Shown: positions 10,701 to 19,395 of the stretch, one piece after another | How positions within the stretch are numbered: the first letter of the stretch is position 1 | How the letters are laid out: every line of letters begins with the position of its first letter | NCBI GenBank assembly: GCA_964586185.1 | Contig: CAZPIK010000002.1 | Span: forward strand, 1 to 39,482 | Reading direction: 5' to 3' | Origin: an uncultured Candidatus Sumerlaeota bacterium | Lineage (GTDB): Bacteria; Sumerlaeota; Sumerlaeia; MVZB01; JAJFLK01 | Length of the DNA: 39,482 bases | Position numbers and translations under genes: made by a program | The notes under the pieces: model-generated | Database searches by the model: none | Told to the model about the DNA's origin: nothing | Seen by the model: the letters and a program-made list of their open reading frames with translations, nothing else

Positions 10701-10765
10701 TCGGGTTTATGCAACGGTTCACCAAGGACGCCCGCCGCTCGGTGTTATGTGATTCCTGAAAACTT

Positions 10766-10842
10766 TGGTGGGCGGTAGAAGAATTGAACTTCTGACCTCT
10801 GCGATGTCAACGCAGCGCTCTAGCCATCTGAGCTAACCGCCC
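10766..10842 (-). tRNA. tRNA-Val (anticodon GAC), CCA encoded
   Basis: The reverse complement folds as a cloverleaf: GGGCGGT-TA-GCTC-AGATGGCTA-GAGC-G-CTGCG-TTGACAT-CGCAG-AGGTC-AGAAG-TTCAATT-CTTCT-ACCGCCC-A-CCA. Confidence 0.95.
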
Positions 10843-10886
10843 ATACCCGAGCCCGAAGTCACATGCTTGACTCGGGCGCGGGAAAG

Positions 10887-10915
10887 ATACTAGTGCGTAG
10901 CGGGGCAGAATTCAA
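10887..10915 (-). promoter_or_regulatory. candidate sigma70-type promoter for tRNA-Val
   Basis: Minus strand reads TTGAAT - 17 nt - TAGTAT, placed about 45 nt upstream of the mature tRNA 5' end. A CCCGAG/CTCGGG hairpin lies in the leader. Confidence 0.4.
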
Positions 10916-10962
10916 GGCGTTAAAACAAGCCGCGCACTCGTCTCGTAATTCTTTAGCGTGGC

Positions 10963-11313
10963 CTATTTCTCAGCAGCCATAAGCGCTTTGGCAACTTGAA
11001 GCAAAGCCTCGGCTTGATTGTTGCCCGTTTCACGAATGGCATCTGCGATCTCACGATTCGATTTCGCCACGGCCTCCGTCGCCTTGGCCAATTCTTCATC
11101 GCCCTTGGCAATACCGAACTCAGCCAAGTTTCTCTTCGCTCGTTCTGACGCGTCGTCATTAATTCTCACGCGGGGGCGATCGGTGTCCTCTTCTTCCGCA
11201 TCTTGCGCCCAAGCAGAAGTTGTAAACGCCGGGCGGAACGCCAATACGGCCAGCAGGACCGCAATGGCCGTCAAGATGACGTTGGTGTAAATTCGCGATT
11301 GAACTGTTTGCAT
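10963..11313 (-). CDS. hypothetical small membrane-anchored or secreted protein
   Basis: ATG at 11313 is preceded by AAGGAG with a 7-nt spacer. One N-terminal hydrophobic helix (NVILTAIAVLLAVLAF, ending in an AWA motif) is followed by an acidic, helical tail. No family recognised. Confidence 0.5.
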   Translation of the reverse strand: MQTVQSRIYTNVILTAIAVLLAVLAFRPAFTTSAWAQDAEEEDTDRPRVRINDDASERAKRNLAEFGIAKGDEELAKATEAVAKSNREIADAIRETGNNQAEALLQVAKALMAAEK

Positions 11314-11521
11314 GGGTGGCTCTCCTTGGGCCATTGAAAACGTGGGCGCTCGACGCGTTTAACGTCGGTCTCGCGGCTTACTTTATCGGCATCTCCTTAC
11401 AATCCCATGAGGCGCAACGCTTCACGCTCCTGAAAGGATCACTCCGTTAAGCCGAACTCATTATGAAGTTTCCGAATTGTCCCTTCAAGACTTTATCTAT
11501 TTAACCTATGCTCTCGCAATC

Positions 11522-12364
11522 ATGGAAAAGCCCACCACCGACTCCACATCAAATAAATCGCAAGGTATTCCAGATGCCGTTGAATTTTGGGCAGAGAATC
11601 TCGACCCCAATAATTTGAAAGGAGTGGCGAAGGGCGGTACCGTTGCGGAAATCGAAGACGAAATCGCTTTTGCCGGAACTCCCGATGTGATCGAGGCTCT
11701 CCGTTGGCTTGAGGGGCAGACACATAACCCAAGCGTAATTCTTGATCTAGGAGCTGGACTCGGGAGCCATGCGATGTTCTTTGCACGGCGGGGATACAAA
11801 GTCATCGCGCTTGATGCTTCCTCTACCAGACTCAGGGAACTGCGTCGTCGCGCAGTAGCAATTGGATGCGCGGATCGAATGATAACGGTCAATGCATTAG
11901 CTGAATCGCTGCCGTTTGCTGCCGCTTCTCAGCATGCCATCTTTAGTAAGTCATCGCTGATTCATACGGATATTTACGCTGTATCGTCGGAAATGAGTCG
12001 TATCCTCAGAGCTGGCGCTCGATCCGCTCTCATCGAGCCCCAACCCGGCAATCCATTTGCTTGGTTTTATCGCAAAACGCTCGCCCCCAAGGAATGGATA
12101 GGCATCACCCATTACTTTACCCGGAAAATGCAGTCTGTTTTCTTAGATAAGATCGGGAGCGGCGCTACGCTTCCTTATTATCTGTTCTCCTTTCCTGTTT
12201 TCGCGCTTCAATTCGCCTTACCTCAAAAGCGGCTTTTCTTTGCACTTCTTCGGATTGCAAATAGTCTGGATAGGCTGCTTTTCAGAATCCTTCCATTTCT
12301 GAAACCGCTCGCATGGTTCGGTATCATTAAAGCTGAAAAAGTTTCCCAAACCTCACCGCAGTAA
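11522..12364 (+). CDS. class I SAM-dependent methyltransferase with a hydrophobic C-terminal extension
   Basis: Motif I ILDLGAGLGSHAMFFARRGYKVIALDAS. ATG at 11522 is preferred over the listed TTG at 11477. The gene is AT-richer than its flanks. Confidence 0.8.
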   Translation: MEKPTTDSTSNKSQGIPDAVEFWAENLDPNNLKGVAKGGTVAEIEDEIAFAGTPDVIEALRWLEGQTHNPSVILDLGAGLGSHAMFFARRGYKVIALDASSTRLRELRRRAVAIGCADRMITVNALAESLPFAAASQHAIFSKSSLIHTDIYAVSSEMSRILRAGARSALIEPQPGNPFAWFYRKTLAPKEWIGITHYFTRKMQSVFLDKIGSGATLPYYLFSFPVFALQFALPQKRLFFALLRIANSLDRLLFRILPFLKPLAWFGIIKAEKVSQTSPQ

Positions 12365-12551
12365 GCTCAGTCTAAATTTACGAGGAACGGACGAAGTAGT
12401 TGATGAAAATTCAGTCCCTCCGTGGTAAAAGAGTTCCGTGTTGCCGGTTTAGCGACGTTAATAAAAATCTGCTAAAGCCCCTTAAACTCGATGGCAGGAT
12501 GAGATTGGACTCTTTACTCGTTTTGTAAAATGTTGGTGAGGTAATGTAAAA

Positions 12552-13967
12552 ATGAATCTGCGAAAAAAAAGCCGAAATTTGATTACGGGAGCGCTTGGCG
12601 TATCCGCCATGATCGCTTTGCCGGTCACTTCGTGGGCGGATGACGCCCCTTCGGCTCAGGTCACGTACGCTAAGGACGTTGCTCCGATCATGTATTCGCG
12701 ATGCACGGAATGCCATCGTCAGGGACAAATCGGACCGATGTCGCTTCTCAATTTCGAGGAGACTCGGCCATGGGCGAAGTCTATTAAGAAAACCGTCGCG
12801 GCCAAGACCATGCCCCCTTGGTTCGCCGATCCGCAATACGGCCACTTCAAAAACGACGCAAATCTGACTGAAGCGGAAATCAAGACGATCGTTTCTTGGG
12901 TAGATCAAGGCGCGCCGTCGGGTGATCTTTCCAAGGCTCCTCCTCAGCCGACGTACGCCGAGGGCGGTTATGGAATCGGAGTGCCTGATGAAGTATTCAA
13001 AATGGCCCCTTACACGGTATCGGATGATCTTGAGGATCATTACGAACATGTGATCGTCGAGAATCCAAATACGGAAGACAAGTGGATTAGCAGCACGGAA
13101 ATTCGACCGGGTAATAAAACCATGGTTCACCATGTTCTGGTGTTTCTCATTCCGAAAGGAAAGCAAGTCCGCAACCTCTTTGAAGATCCCTCTGTATTCA
13201 TGTCCATGAATTTTGTGACGGGTTGGGCGCCCGGTACGAACGCGCTCAACTATCCTGAATCGTATGGCAAACTTCTGCCCGCTAACTCAAATGTCCTGTT
13301 GCAGATTCACTACCATAAGACTCCGGGCCCGGGCACAGGTGGCGTGGATCAATCCGAGTTCGCGGTCAAATACGCAAAAACTCCGGTAACCAATCCGACG
13401 ACTACGGCTTGGGTGATGGATCCCACGATTCGCATTCCGGCTGGCGAACCGCGCTACGAATCCATTTCGTCCTTCAAATTCGTGGACAGCGGGAAAATTC
13501 TTGGACTTGTTCCTCATATGCACCTTCGCGGCACGGACTTCATGTTCGAAGCCGAATATCCCGATGGAAGCAAAGAGATTCTGCTTTCCGTTCCGAAGTG
13601 GGATTTCAACTGGCAGATCGCTTATACGATGGCCGAACCGAAAGTCATGCCCAAGGGAACAGTCGTCCGCGCCATTGCCCACTGGGATAATTCAGCGGCA
13701 AATCCTAACAACCCCGATCCCAATCAAGACGTTTATTTTGGTGAAGCCACGACCGAGGAAATGATGATCGGCTTCATGGAATACTCCTACGACAACTACA
13801 AAAAACAGCAGGGGAAGTTCGGATTGCCCGAAACAATGAAAGGCGCTATGGGCGCGTTCTTCGGGGGGCCTTCGGCGGGAGATAATCAAGGCTCGGAATT
13901 CAAGAAACGGTTTGACGAGCGACTGGAAAAGCGCAAGCGCGAGTATTCCGCGCCGCAGGGGCAGTAA
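12552..13967 (+). CDS. secreted heme-c (CxxCH) domain fused to a PHM/DBH-like copper monooxygenase domain
   Basis: Signal peptide, then VAPIMYSRCTECH (Cys51/Cys54/His55, nt 12702-12716). Further downstream, in order: HH (13128-13133), LLQIHYH, HMH (13515-13523) and EEMM (13761-13766). These match the order and local context of the CuH and CuM ligands of peptidylglycine alpha-hydroxylating monooxygenase. Confidence 0.75.
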   Translation: MNLRKKSRNLITGALGVSAMIALPVTSWADDAPSAQVTYAKDVAPIMYSRCTECHRQGQIGPMSLLNFEETRPWAKSIKKTVAAKTMPPWFADPQYGHFKNDANLTEAEIKTIVSWVDQGAPSGDLSKAPPQPTYAEGGYGIGVPDEVFKMAPYTVSDDLEDHYEHVIVENPNTEDKWISSTEIRPGNKTMVHHVLVFLIPKGKQVRNLFEDPSVFMSMNFVTGWAPGTNALNYPESYGKLLPANSNVLLQIHYHKTPGPGTGGVDQSEFAVKYAKTPVTNPTTTAWVMDPTIRIPAGEPRYESISSFKFVDSGKILGLVPHMHLRGTDFMFEAEYPDGSKEILLSVPKWDFNWQIAYTMAEPKVMPKGTVVRAIAHWDNSAANPNNPDPNQDVYFGEATTEEMMIGFMEYSYDNYKKQQGKFGLPETMKGAMGAFFGGPSAGDNQGSEFKKRFDERLEKRKREYSAPQGQ

Positions 13968-13996
13968 CTGAAATTAATCACTTTGAATGATTTTGA

Positions 13997-14030
13997 GGAG
14001 ACGTTCTATTGCGGGACGTCTCCTTTTTCT
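13997..14030 (+). terminator. intrinsic terminator after the heme/Cu monooxygenase gene
   Basis: GGAGACG - 13-nt loop - CGTCTCC, followed by TTTTTCTT. It starts 30 nt after the stop at 13967. Confidence 0.7.
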
Positions 14031-14046
14031 TGATAATCGCCGTCGC

Positions 14047-14979
14047 ATGCCTGCAGCCCCATCACCTCTATCCTCCGATTCGACCGACGGACCTCCCGAC
14101 GATCCGTTCGATCTCTCTTACGAACGCTGGATTCCAAGCGCAGTCGCGGCAAGTTCTCACTATTTCGATTCGTCCGACGGACTTCGTCTCCATTACACGC
14201 GATGGGGCGCGAATGATCATGCGCCCGTCCTCGCGATGATCCATGGACGTCGCGCGCATGGAAGATGGTTCGATCCCGTTGTCCCACCTTTCGTCGAGCG
14301 ATACGATTGCGTCGCGCTCGATATTCGCGGGCATGGCGATAGTCCCGCAAAAGGGGGCGTGGATTTTAACCGCTACGCCGCCGACGTTCATGAGTTTCTA
14401 AACTTATTCCGCGGGAGAAAGATCGCGTTACTCGCGCATTCAATGGCCGGACGAGTTGTGCTTCGCGCACACGAACTCTTTGGTATGGTTCCCACCGCGC
14501 TCATCCTCGCCGATACGCCGCTCATGCGAAGGCCGCATCATTTCAAACCTGAGCCCGATTTTATTAACAAGCCCTATCCGGACCGCGATGCGATCATGCG
14601 CCGGTTTCGACTGATGCCTCCCGGCAACGCCGCCAATCCCGAATTGCTTCAGCACATTGCTGGGCATTCGATTCGGCAAAACGCCGATGGATCGTGGCAA
14701 TGGAAATTTGACGACAAGGGGACCAACCGTCCCGTCGGTTTCAGCATGCCCGATTTCATGGAAATTAACGTTGAGGGACTTACCTGCCCGACTCTCGTCA
14801 TTCACGGCGACCAAAGCATGCTCGTTGGCGTACCCGAAGCGGAAGCCATCGCCTCGCGGTTTTCAAACGCCCGTACGGTCACGCTGACGGGCGCGTATCA
14901 TCACCTGATGTTCGACCGCCCGTCCGATTTCAACCGCGCGGTGGACGATTTTCTCGAACCGATTATGCTTCGGGCATGA
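14047..14979 (+). CDS. alpha/beta-fold hydrolase
   Basis: HG oxyanion motif MIHGRRAHG, nucleophile elbow AHSMAG, and C-terminal GAYHHLMFDRP (His). ATG 14047 was chosen because the listed start at 13987 would read through the terminator at 13997-14030. Confidence 0.8.
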   Translation: MPAAPSPLSSDSTDGPPDDPFDLSYERWIPSAVAASSHYFDSSDGLRLHYTRWGANDHAPVLAMIHGRRAHGRWFDPVVPPFVERYDCVALDIRGHGDSPAKGGVDFNRYAADVHEFLNLFRGRKIALLAHSMAGRVVLRAHELFGMVPTALILADTPLMRRPHHFKPEPDFINKPYPDRDAIMRRFRLMPPGNAANPELLQHIAGHSIRQNADGSWQWKFDDKGTNRPVGFSMPDFMEINVEGLTCPTLVIHGDQSMLVGVPEAEAIASRFSNARTVTLTGAYHHLMFDRPSDFNRAVDDFLEPIMLRA

Positions 14980-14985
14980 TTGGGG

Positions 14986-16062
14986 CTATGACTTTTCGCG
15001 TTCAAGTTCCTGAATACGTTTTAGCATATCGGGAAGTTTGTTCATTAGGGCAAGCGAGCGAAACATTTCACGCGGAGGACGTGCGGGCATTCCCGCGACG
15101 ACCGACCCAGCCGCAAGGTCGCCAATGACTCCGGAGCATGCGCCAATCTTGCATCCGTTGCCGATTGTCGTTCCCTCTTTGATCGAGACCGCTCCTCCGA
15201 TAAGACAAGCGTCACCGACCGTCGCCGATCCCGCAATGCCCGTGCAAGCCGCAATAACGCATAGTTTGCCGATGATGCAGTTGTGCGCGATCTGTACGAG
15301 GTTGTCTATCTTGGTTCCCCATCCGATTCGCGTTTCGTGGAGGAAGGGACGATCCACGGCAGAGAGAGCTCCGATTTCGACTTCGTCCTCCAAGATCACC
15401 GCGCCGACCTGCGGAATTTTGAGCAGCCCCGCATCGCCCATCTCGTAACGAAACCCATCGGCTCCAAGCACGACGCCCGAGTGGAGAATCACGCGATTGC
15501 CGACGATCACCAAGCCCTGCAGCGAGACGTTCGGATGGAATCGGCAATTCGCGCCGATTTTGCAACCGGGATCAATCGAAACGTGCGAGATAAGAGTCGT
15601 CCCCTTGCCAATCTCGACGCCATCGCCGATCCGACAATAGGGACCGATAAAAACCCCTTCGGCGATTTTTGCATCGCGCCCGATGACTGCCGTCGGATGA
15701 ATACCCGGTTCGTGTGCAGGCGGTGGATAGAGGCGGGTCAGCACATTGGCCACTGACTTCCAAACGTTTCCGACCTCGATCCTCGCGCGATCCTTGAGGT
15801 CGAGTCCGTGCGGCGCGATCAAAATTCCTGCCACCGATTCTGCGGCGGTCTTAAGATGTTTTTCTCCCGATAAAAATGAAATCTCTGAAGCCGTCGCCTG
15901 ATCGAGCGTCGCGAAACCTGTAATTTTGAGCGGCGCGAATTCGGCGTTCACGAGCGTCCCCTTGACCCAATCGGCGACTTCACGGGGTGTTGGTTCTAAC
16001 GCGACCGGAGAGCGATATAGTTGCTTCTTAGGCTTGGGGGGCGGAGAAGTTTCAGCGTTCAT
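14986..16062 (-). CDS. lpxD: UDP-3-O-acylglucosamine N-acyltransferase LpxD
   Basis: LpxD N-terminal domain (FATLDQATASEISFLSGEKH) followed by long left-handed beta-helix hexapeptide repeats. ATG 16062 forms an ATGA overlap with the stop of the upstream gene. Confidence 0.9.
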   Translation of the reverse strand: MNAETSPPPKPKKQLYRSPVALEPTPREVADWVKGTLVNAEFAPLKITGFATLDQATASEISFLSGEKHLKTAAESVAGILIAPHGLDLKDRARIEVGNVWKSVANVLTRLYPPPAHEPGIHPTAVIGRDAKIAEGVFIGPYCRIGDGVEIGKGTTLISHVSIDPGCKIGANCRFHPNVSLQGLVIVGNRVILHSGVVLGADGFRYEMGDAGLLKIPQVGAVILEDEVEIGALSAVDRPFLHETRIGWGTKIDNLVQIAHNCIIGKLCVIAACTGIAGSATVGDACLIGGAVSIKEGTTIGNGCKIGACSGVIGDLAAGSVVAGMPARPPREMFRSLALMNKLPDMLKRIQELEREKS

Positions 16063-17318
16063 GACTGCGATTTCGCTGCGGGTTTGAGGATGACGGCGGT
16101 CGGGTTGACCCACCACTTGCGTGCGGCGTCGTGAATTTGCTCCGCCGTCACGCGCTTTAAGTCGTCAATATACTTCCAATCGTGCTCGGCCCCAAGTCCT
16201 GAATCCTCCCACTGGGCGAGATGCGCGGCGCGGCTGGAGTGCGATTGATGACCCATCAAATATTTTCCGATAACGTATTTTCGCGCGCGCTCTAAATCGT
16301 CGGTATCCAATGCACGTTCGCGCAACGCTTCCGCTTCGGCAAGAAGTCCGTCACGCGCTTCATCGAGTCGCTCGGGCTGGGTTCCAATATAGAGCGCCAT
16401 GTGTCCGCCTAACCGAAGCGACCGAAGCATTGAGCCCACGGCATAGGCGAGCGATCGCTCGTCGCGCAAATGACGAAAGAGCCGACCGGAAAAGCCCTCA
16501 CCCAACGCGGCAGAAGCCAATCGAAGGGCGGCATGATCCGGATGCGCCACCTCCGGCGTCAGAAAACCCATGACGATAAAACCCTGTTCCAAATCTTTTT
16601 CCAGTGTGAGTGAACTCGGCGTTCGAGCGAGAGGCGAATGTTTTTCCGTCCGCGAATTAACGGTTCCACGCGACGCCCAATTTCCCCAATGCTTTTCGAT
16701 CATTCGGCGCATTTTATCGGGATTGAAATCACCCACAGCCGCCAACAACATTCGCGAAGGATGATAAACGCGATCATGCCATGCGCGGCAAGCATCAGCG
16801 GTGATCGCCTCAACATCGGCGATCTCACCTTCGGATGGGCGACCATAACCGTGCCCCTCGAAGATGCGTTTAATATATTGGCGATAGGTGTAATCGAACT
16901 TTTCGTCCTCGATCCGGCGAAGCGCAGAGATCAGCGTTTGCCGTTCGATCTCCATTTCGCGCGGATCGAAAACTGGATTCATGAGCGCGTCGGAGAAAAT
17001 CGTGAAGGCGTCGGAGAAATCATCCGTCGCCGATTGCAGCGAGGCCGTGGCCGCGTCCGCTCCGCCGCCGTAACCCGCCGATGCGCCGAGCGATTCCATC
17101 TCGAACGCCATTTGCGCGGAGCCTCTGTTTTTTGTTCCGCGCTTTAGCATCGAAGCGGTGAAGGCCGAGACACCAGTTTCGTTCGCGGCCTCATCGGCGC
17201 TGCCGCGTTTAATGAAAATCTGCGCGGCAATAATTCCCGATCCGGGCGTCGGAACGAGCAGCGCGGTCATGCCGCACACCTCGCGTCGGATAATGGTGGG
17301 TGGATGGGGTTGAGTCAT
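16059..17318 (-). CDS. M16 (pitrilysin) family peptidase-like protein, apparently non-catalytic
   Basis: Two-domain M16 architecture. The zinc motif position reads GVSAFTASMLKRGT (nt 17151-17165) instead of HxxEH. ATG at 17318 (MTQPHPP) is preferred over the listed start. Confidence 0.8.
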   Translation of the reverse strand: MTQPHPPTIIRREVCGMTALLVPTPGSGIIAAQIFIKRGSADEAANETGVSAFTASMLKRGTKNRGSAQMAFEMESLGASAGYGGGADAATASLQSATDDFSDAFTIFSDALMNPVFDPREMEIERQTLISALRRIEDEKFDYTYRQYIKRIFEGHGYGRPSEGEIADVEAITADACRAWHDRVYHPSRMLLAAVGDFNPDKMRRMIEKHWGNWASRGTVNSRTEKHSPLARTPSSLTLEKDLEQGFIVMGFLTPEVAHPDHAALRLASAALGEGFSGRLFRHLRDERSLAYAVGSMLRSLRLGGHMALYIGTQPERLDEARDGLLAEAEALRERALDTDDLERARKYVIGKYLMGHQSHSSRAAHLAQWEDSGLGAEHDWKYIDDLKRVTAEQIHDAARKWWVNPTAVILKPAAKSQS

Positions 17319-17471
17319 AGCGGAAGATTTAACCGTAAAGTGCGCCAAGGACGCAAAGGAAGAGAGAGAAAATCTGGACAAAGACCGTAAATAACTGGCT
17401 GCTGGATTCTCAAAGTTTGTTCATGAAATTGGGACGAAACGCCTGAACCTTGCTCGACAAAACTAAGACCT

Positions 17472-17480
17472 TGGTATAGT
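17472..17480 (+). promoter_or_regulatory. candidate extended -10 promoter (TGgTATAGT) giving a leaderless transcript
   Basis: TGGTATAGT ends 7 nt before the ATG at 17488. No Shine-Dalgarno sequence lies in between. Confidence 0.25.
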
Positions 17481-17487
17481 TTCGGCC

Positions 17488-17910
17488 ATGGAATCTATAA
17501 CTACTTCAGAACCCATCTTGCTTTACAAATGCATGACCAAAGCGACAACTGCTGAGAGCGGGCACCCAAGATACTCTCACAATTGGGTTGTTTCTCGGCG
17601 TGGTTTTCTGCGTGTCTGGAGTGATCGGCTCGTTTGCGGAGATTGGATTATTCCATATGGAGACATCCGGGAGGCAATTTTATACTCCGTCACCCAGTAT
17701 TTTTTTATAACTGGTTATGTGCTCCGAATACGGACTGCCGAGCGTACCTACCAATTCGGTTTGAACGGCGGCAGATTTTGGCGGAACGACTTACCTTTTA
17801 CTTGCACCCGCGAGAAGGGAACGCTTTCTTATTCGCGGTTCTCAATCGCGATCCGCATCATGCTGTTCAGTTATGTGGGTTATGTTGTATGGAAGTATTT
17901 CAATCGATAA
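17488..17910 (+). CDS. hypothetical protein with a C-terminal TM helix
   Basis: 140-aa ORF in an AT-richer segment between divergent and convergent neighbours. The C-terminal hydrophobic segment is FSIAIRIMLFSYVGYVVW. No family recognised. Confidence 0.5.
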   Translation: MESITTSEPILLYKCMTKATTAESGHPRYSHNWVVSRRGFLRVWSDRLVCGDWIIPYGDIREAILYSVTQYFFITGYVLRIRTAERTYQFGLNGGRFWRNDLPFTCTREKGTLSYSRFSIAIRIMLFSYVGYVVWKYFNR

Positions 17911-17985
17911 ACCAAAATGTCTAACCGTAGACCGTAATAGATATCTGGCTGAATCGAATCTGCGCATACAATAAATCTAACTTCC

Positions 17986-19356
17986 TTAAGTCCTTCTAAA
18001 CCGCGCCACGGTTTCGATGTGATAAGTGTGGGGGAACATATCCACGGGGCGGTACGCGTCAATCTTGTAGCCGCCTTCGCAGATCGTTTTGAGATCGCGG
18101 GCGAGTGTCGCGGGATTGCAGGAAACGTAAACAAAAATGGGAGCCTGCGCAGCGACGAGCGTCGCGAGCGATTTTTTATCCATTCCGCCGCGCGGCGGAT
18201 CAATGATGACGCGGGTAAAATCACCCCCGGCGGCGTGACGCGCAAGTTTCATCCCCTCAGACATCGGCGCGGCGATAAAGGCCGCATTACCAATTCCGTT
18301 GGCGGCCGTATTGGCACGCGCATCCCAGACGGCCTCGGTGTTCATCTCGACCCCAGCTACTCGCCGGACATGCCGCGCGCAATGAAGTCCGATTGTCCCT
18401 GCACCGCAATAGGCGTCGAGCACGCGGTCGGTGGTCGTGAGTTCAGCCATCTCGACGGCGGTTCGATAGAGTAATTCCGCGCCCAAAGTATTCGTCTGAA
18501 AAAACGAAAGGGGTGAAATTGCAAACGTCAGACCGTTGATCGTTTCCTTCAAAATCGGATCGCCCCATAAGAACTTTTTCTCCCGCGTCGTCGCAACGTC
18601 GGCCACGCCGCGATTGATCCCCCAAACAAATCCCTGCAACTCCGGACAGGCCGCCTTGATTTTTTCGGCAAGCCGTTCGGGTGAAGGAAGTTCGCCCGCG
18701 TTAGTGATAAGCAAAACCACAACGCCACCGGTCGTTTTCGAATGACGGACAACGGCGTGTCGCAGCAATCCTTCGTGCCGCCGCTGGTCATAGGCGGTCA
18801 GCTTCTCTTCGCGCGCATAATCTACAATGGCTTTCATAACGCCATCAAACGGCTGCGGATGAATGAGGCAACTCGGCACATTGAAGATGCGGTCATAGTG
18901 CCCCGGGAGGTGAAATCCAAGGATGACGTTGCCATCCACATCTTCGCCAAACGTAAATTCCATCTTGTTTCGATAATTCCACGCCTCGGGTGATGGAATG
19001 ATCGGCAGGATTTGAGGAAGCTCAACGCCGCCAAGCCGCGTAAGAGTTTCGGCGACTTGCTTTTCCTTCCATCGTAGCTGCTCTTCGTAAGGAAGGTTCT
19101 GCCATGAGCAGCCGCCGCAACCTCCAAACAGCGGGCACGGGGCTGCGATTCTATGTTCCGACGGATGTTCGATTTTGTCGATGACGGCGCTCGCGTGATT
19201 ACTTTGCTTTTTGATGATGCGAGCAAGAACACGATCCCCCGGCACCGCGCGTTCGACAAAGACCACGAATCCATCGAGCTTGGCGACGCCCGCACCGCCG
19301 TAGGCAAGATCAGTAACTTCGAGCGAGACAAGACTATTCTTCTTAAAGGCTTCCAA
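17986..19356 (-). CDS. rlmD: 23S rRNA (uracil-5-)-methyltransferase RlmD/RumA family (TRAM + 4Fe-4S + MTase)
   Basis: TRAM domain EVTDLAYGGAGVAKLDGFVVFVERAVPGD, cluster cysteines CPLFGGCGGCSWQ, SAM motif LDAYCGAGTIG, and catalytic VYVSCNP. TTG at 19356 has GGAG 7 nt upstream. The listed TTG at 19401 is the alternative. Confidence 0.85.
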   Translation of the reverse strand: MEAFKKNSLVSLEVTDLAYGGAGVAKLDGFVVFVERAVPGDRVLARIIKKQSNHASAVIDKIEHPSEHRIAAPCPLFGGCGGCSWQNLPYEEQLRWKEKQVAETLTRLGGVELPQILPIIPSPEAWNYRNKMEFTFGEDVDGNVILGFHLPGHYDRIFNVPSCLIHPQPFDGVMKAIVDYAREEKLTAYDQRRHEGLLRHAVVRHSKTTGGVVVLLITNAGELPSPERLAEKIKAACPELQGFVWGINRGVADVATTREKKFLWGDPILKETINGLTFAISPLSFFQTNTLGAELLYRTAVEMAELTTTDRVLDAYCGAGTIGLHCARHVRRVAGVEMNTEAVWDARANTAANGIGNAAFIAAPMSEGMKLARHAAGGDFTRVIIDPPRGGMDKKSLATLVAAQAPIFVYVSCNPATLARDLKTICEGGYKIDAYRPVDMFPHTYHIETVARFRRT

Positions 19357-19395
19357 AATAAAACTCCGATAGAACAGGGATAAAGAGGTGAAGTG

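Noticed and set aside
12411-13166. 251-aa minus-strand ORF
   Set aside because: Antisense to the 5' half of the heme/Cu monooxygenase gene and to its AT-rich promoter region. No motifs or RBS.
13987-14046. Upstream start for the alpha/beta hydrolase (listed 13987)
   Set aside because: It would place a strong intrinsic terminator hairpin with a U-tract (13997-14030) inside the coding region. ATG 14047 lies just downstream of it.
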